A stretch of 64,000 bases of DNA from assembly GCF_009914755.1 (NCBI RefSeq), contig NC_060940.1; one strand, 5' to 3'. The notes beneath the pieces are model-generated. The model made no database searches. It was given only the letters and a program-made list of their open reading frames with translations, and was not told the DNA's origin. Below, in pieces: positions 52,119 to 64,000 of this stretch (the stretch's first letter is position 1; every line of letters starts with the position of its first letter). This DNA comes from the human T2T-CHM13v2.0 reference genome, Homo sapiens. Position numbers and translations under genes: made by a program.

Positions 52119-52533
52119 CTGGGGGGTAAACAAAGGTGACAGGCTGCAGGTCAGGGCTTCCCAGACCCCTGGGAAGGGCATGAGCCTGAGAAGAGCCTAG
52201 GTGTTACAGCCTGGCTGTCTGGGTTTGAATCCTACTTCCTAGCTGTGTGACCTTGGATGAATTCCTAACCTCTCTGGGCCTTGGTTTCCTCATCTGTGAA
52301 ATGGGGGATAAGCTGATTTCAACTCATATGAATGAAATGAGATAATGAGTATAAAGCCCCTGGTGCATGAAAAGGCTATTATAATCCAGCTGGGCTCAGT
52401 GGCTCACACCTGTAATCCCAAGACTTTGGGAGGCCCAGGTGGGCAGATCACCTGAGGTCAGCAGTTCAAGATCAGCCTGGCCAACATGGTGAAACCCCAT
52501 CTGTAGTAAAAATACAAAAATTAGCTGAGCCTA

Positions 52534-52692
<159 letters not shown>

Positions 52693-53276
52693 CTATTATA
52701 ATCAAGGTCCTCAAGGTAGCCAAGAAGGGAAAAAAGAGTCGTGCATGAAACGTTTGTCCAGTTCCCTGTGTTGGGCACTGGGCATCACGGATGTGCCTAC
52801 AGGTGTCTGTCACCAAGGTGGGCTCCTCTGTGGCAGCTCCCGGGCCCTGGCACTGCCCTGTGCTCATGACTTCCCCTCCAGACTCAGGGCCCTTGGTATC
52901 TCCTCTTATTTTCACTGCCAGACAGGAAGGCCCCTTGGCCTGAGTCCAGCCATTTTTCTAGATCCTGGCACAGCTTGGACATGTAATGGTGCCCAACGCA
53001 TGTGACTGGAACCCCTGCATTGGACATGAAGGAAACGAGGCCAGCTGGGAAAGGTAACCCCACATTCCCACAGCCAGCAGGAACCCAAGCAGAGGCTTCA
53101 ACCCAGGCTTCTGACTTGCAAACCAGTGCTCCTTCCTCCTTACACAGTAACAACAGGGGAAGGTGGCCTTCTGGGTTGCCAGAGCCGAGTGGTACCAGCA
53201 ATAGAGTGGAAACTCACACACAGGCTTGCCTGCTTCCTGGGTTAGGGTTAGGGTTTATATGGCTCCGGGAGGTTGA

Positions 53277-53769
<493 letters not shown>

Positions 53770-53967
53770 TAAATTTTTAGTAGATCTGGGGTCTCACTAT
53801 GTTGCCCAGGCTGTTAACAAACTCCTGGCCTCAAGTGATTCTCCTGCCTTGGCCTCCGAAGGCGCTGGGATTCCAGGCATGAGCCACCATGCCCAGTCTC
53901 ATTTCTGTTTTATCTAGAACATGTTTTCATCACACTGACTTTTTTGAGAAGTCCAGGCCAGATTTAA

Positions 53968-64000
<10,033 letters not shown>

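Overview
Human (or very closely related hominid) genomic DNA from the 16p12.1-p11.2 segmental-duplication region, reverse-oriented relative to how I recall GRCh38. It is very Alu-dense, and most short ORFs in the supplied track are Alu or low-complexity artefacts. From left to right: (1) the last three coding exons and 3' UTR of IL27 (+); (2) complete APOBR (-, 4 exons, 1088 aa in this haplotype), tail-to-tail with IL27; (3) complete, non-deleted CLN3 (+, 15 coding exons, 438 aa) with a CpG/CLEAR promoter, divergent from APOBR; (4) an LCR16a core duplicon carrying an intact NPIPB gene (NPIPB6-9 type, NPIPB7 by position, about 428 aa); (5) two disabled PLA2G10 exons (-); (6) an SVA retrotransposon (-), then about 8 kb of repeat-only sequence. 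I see no wholly new gene system. The most interesting signals show how new coding sequence was built in NPIPB: 52 nt copied from one specific neighbouring intronic Alu into exon 2, C-terminal KPKR repeats amplified from an Alu right arm, an intact exon silenced by an AG-to-AA acceptor change, and two alternative first exons. Other observations: a snaR-ancestor-like (ASR-type) retrocopy in CLN3 intron 9, an SVA with no target-site duplication at a chimeric Alu junction, a FLAM-derived poly(A) signal for APOBR, and a possible capping-protein-interaction-like motif in APOBR. Gene and paralog names, variant identifiers and repeat family calls come from recognition, not from database searches.
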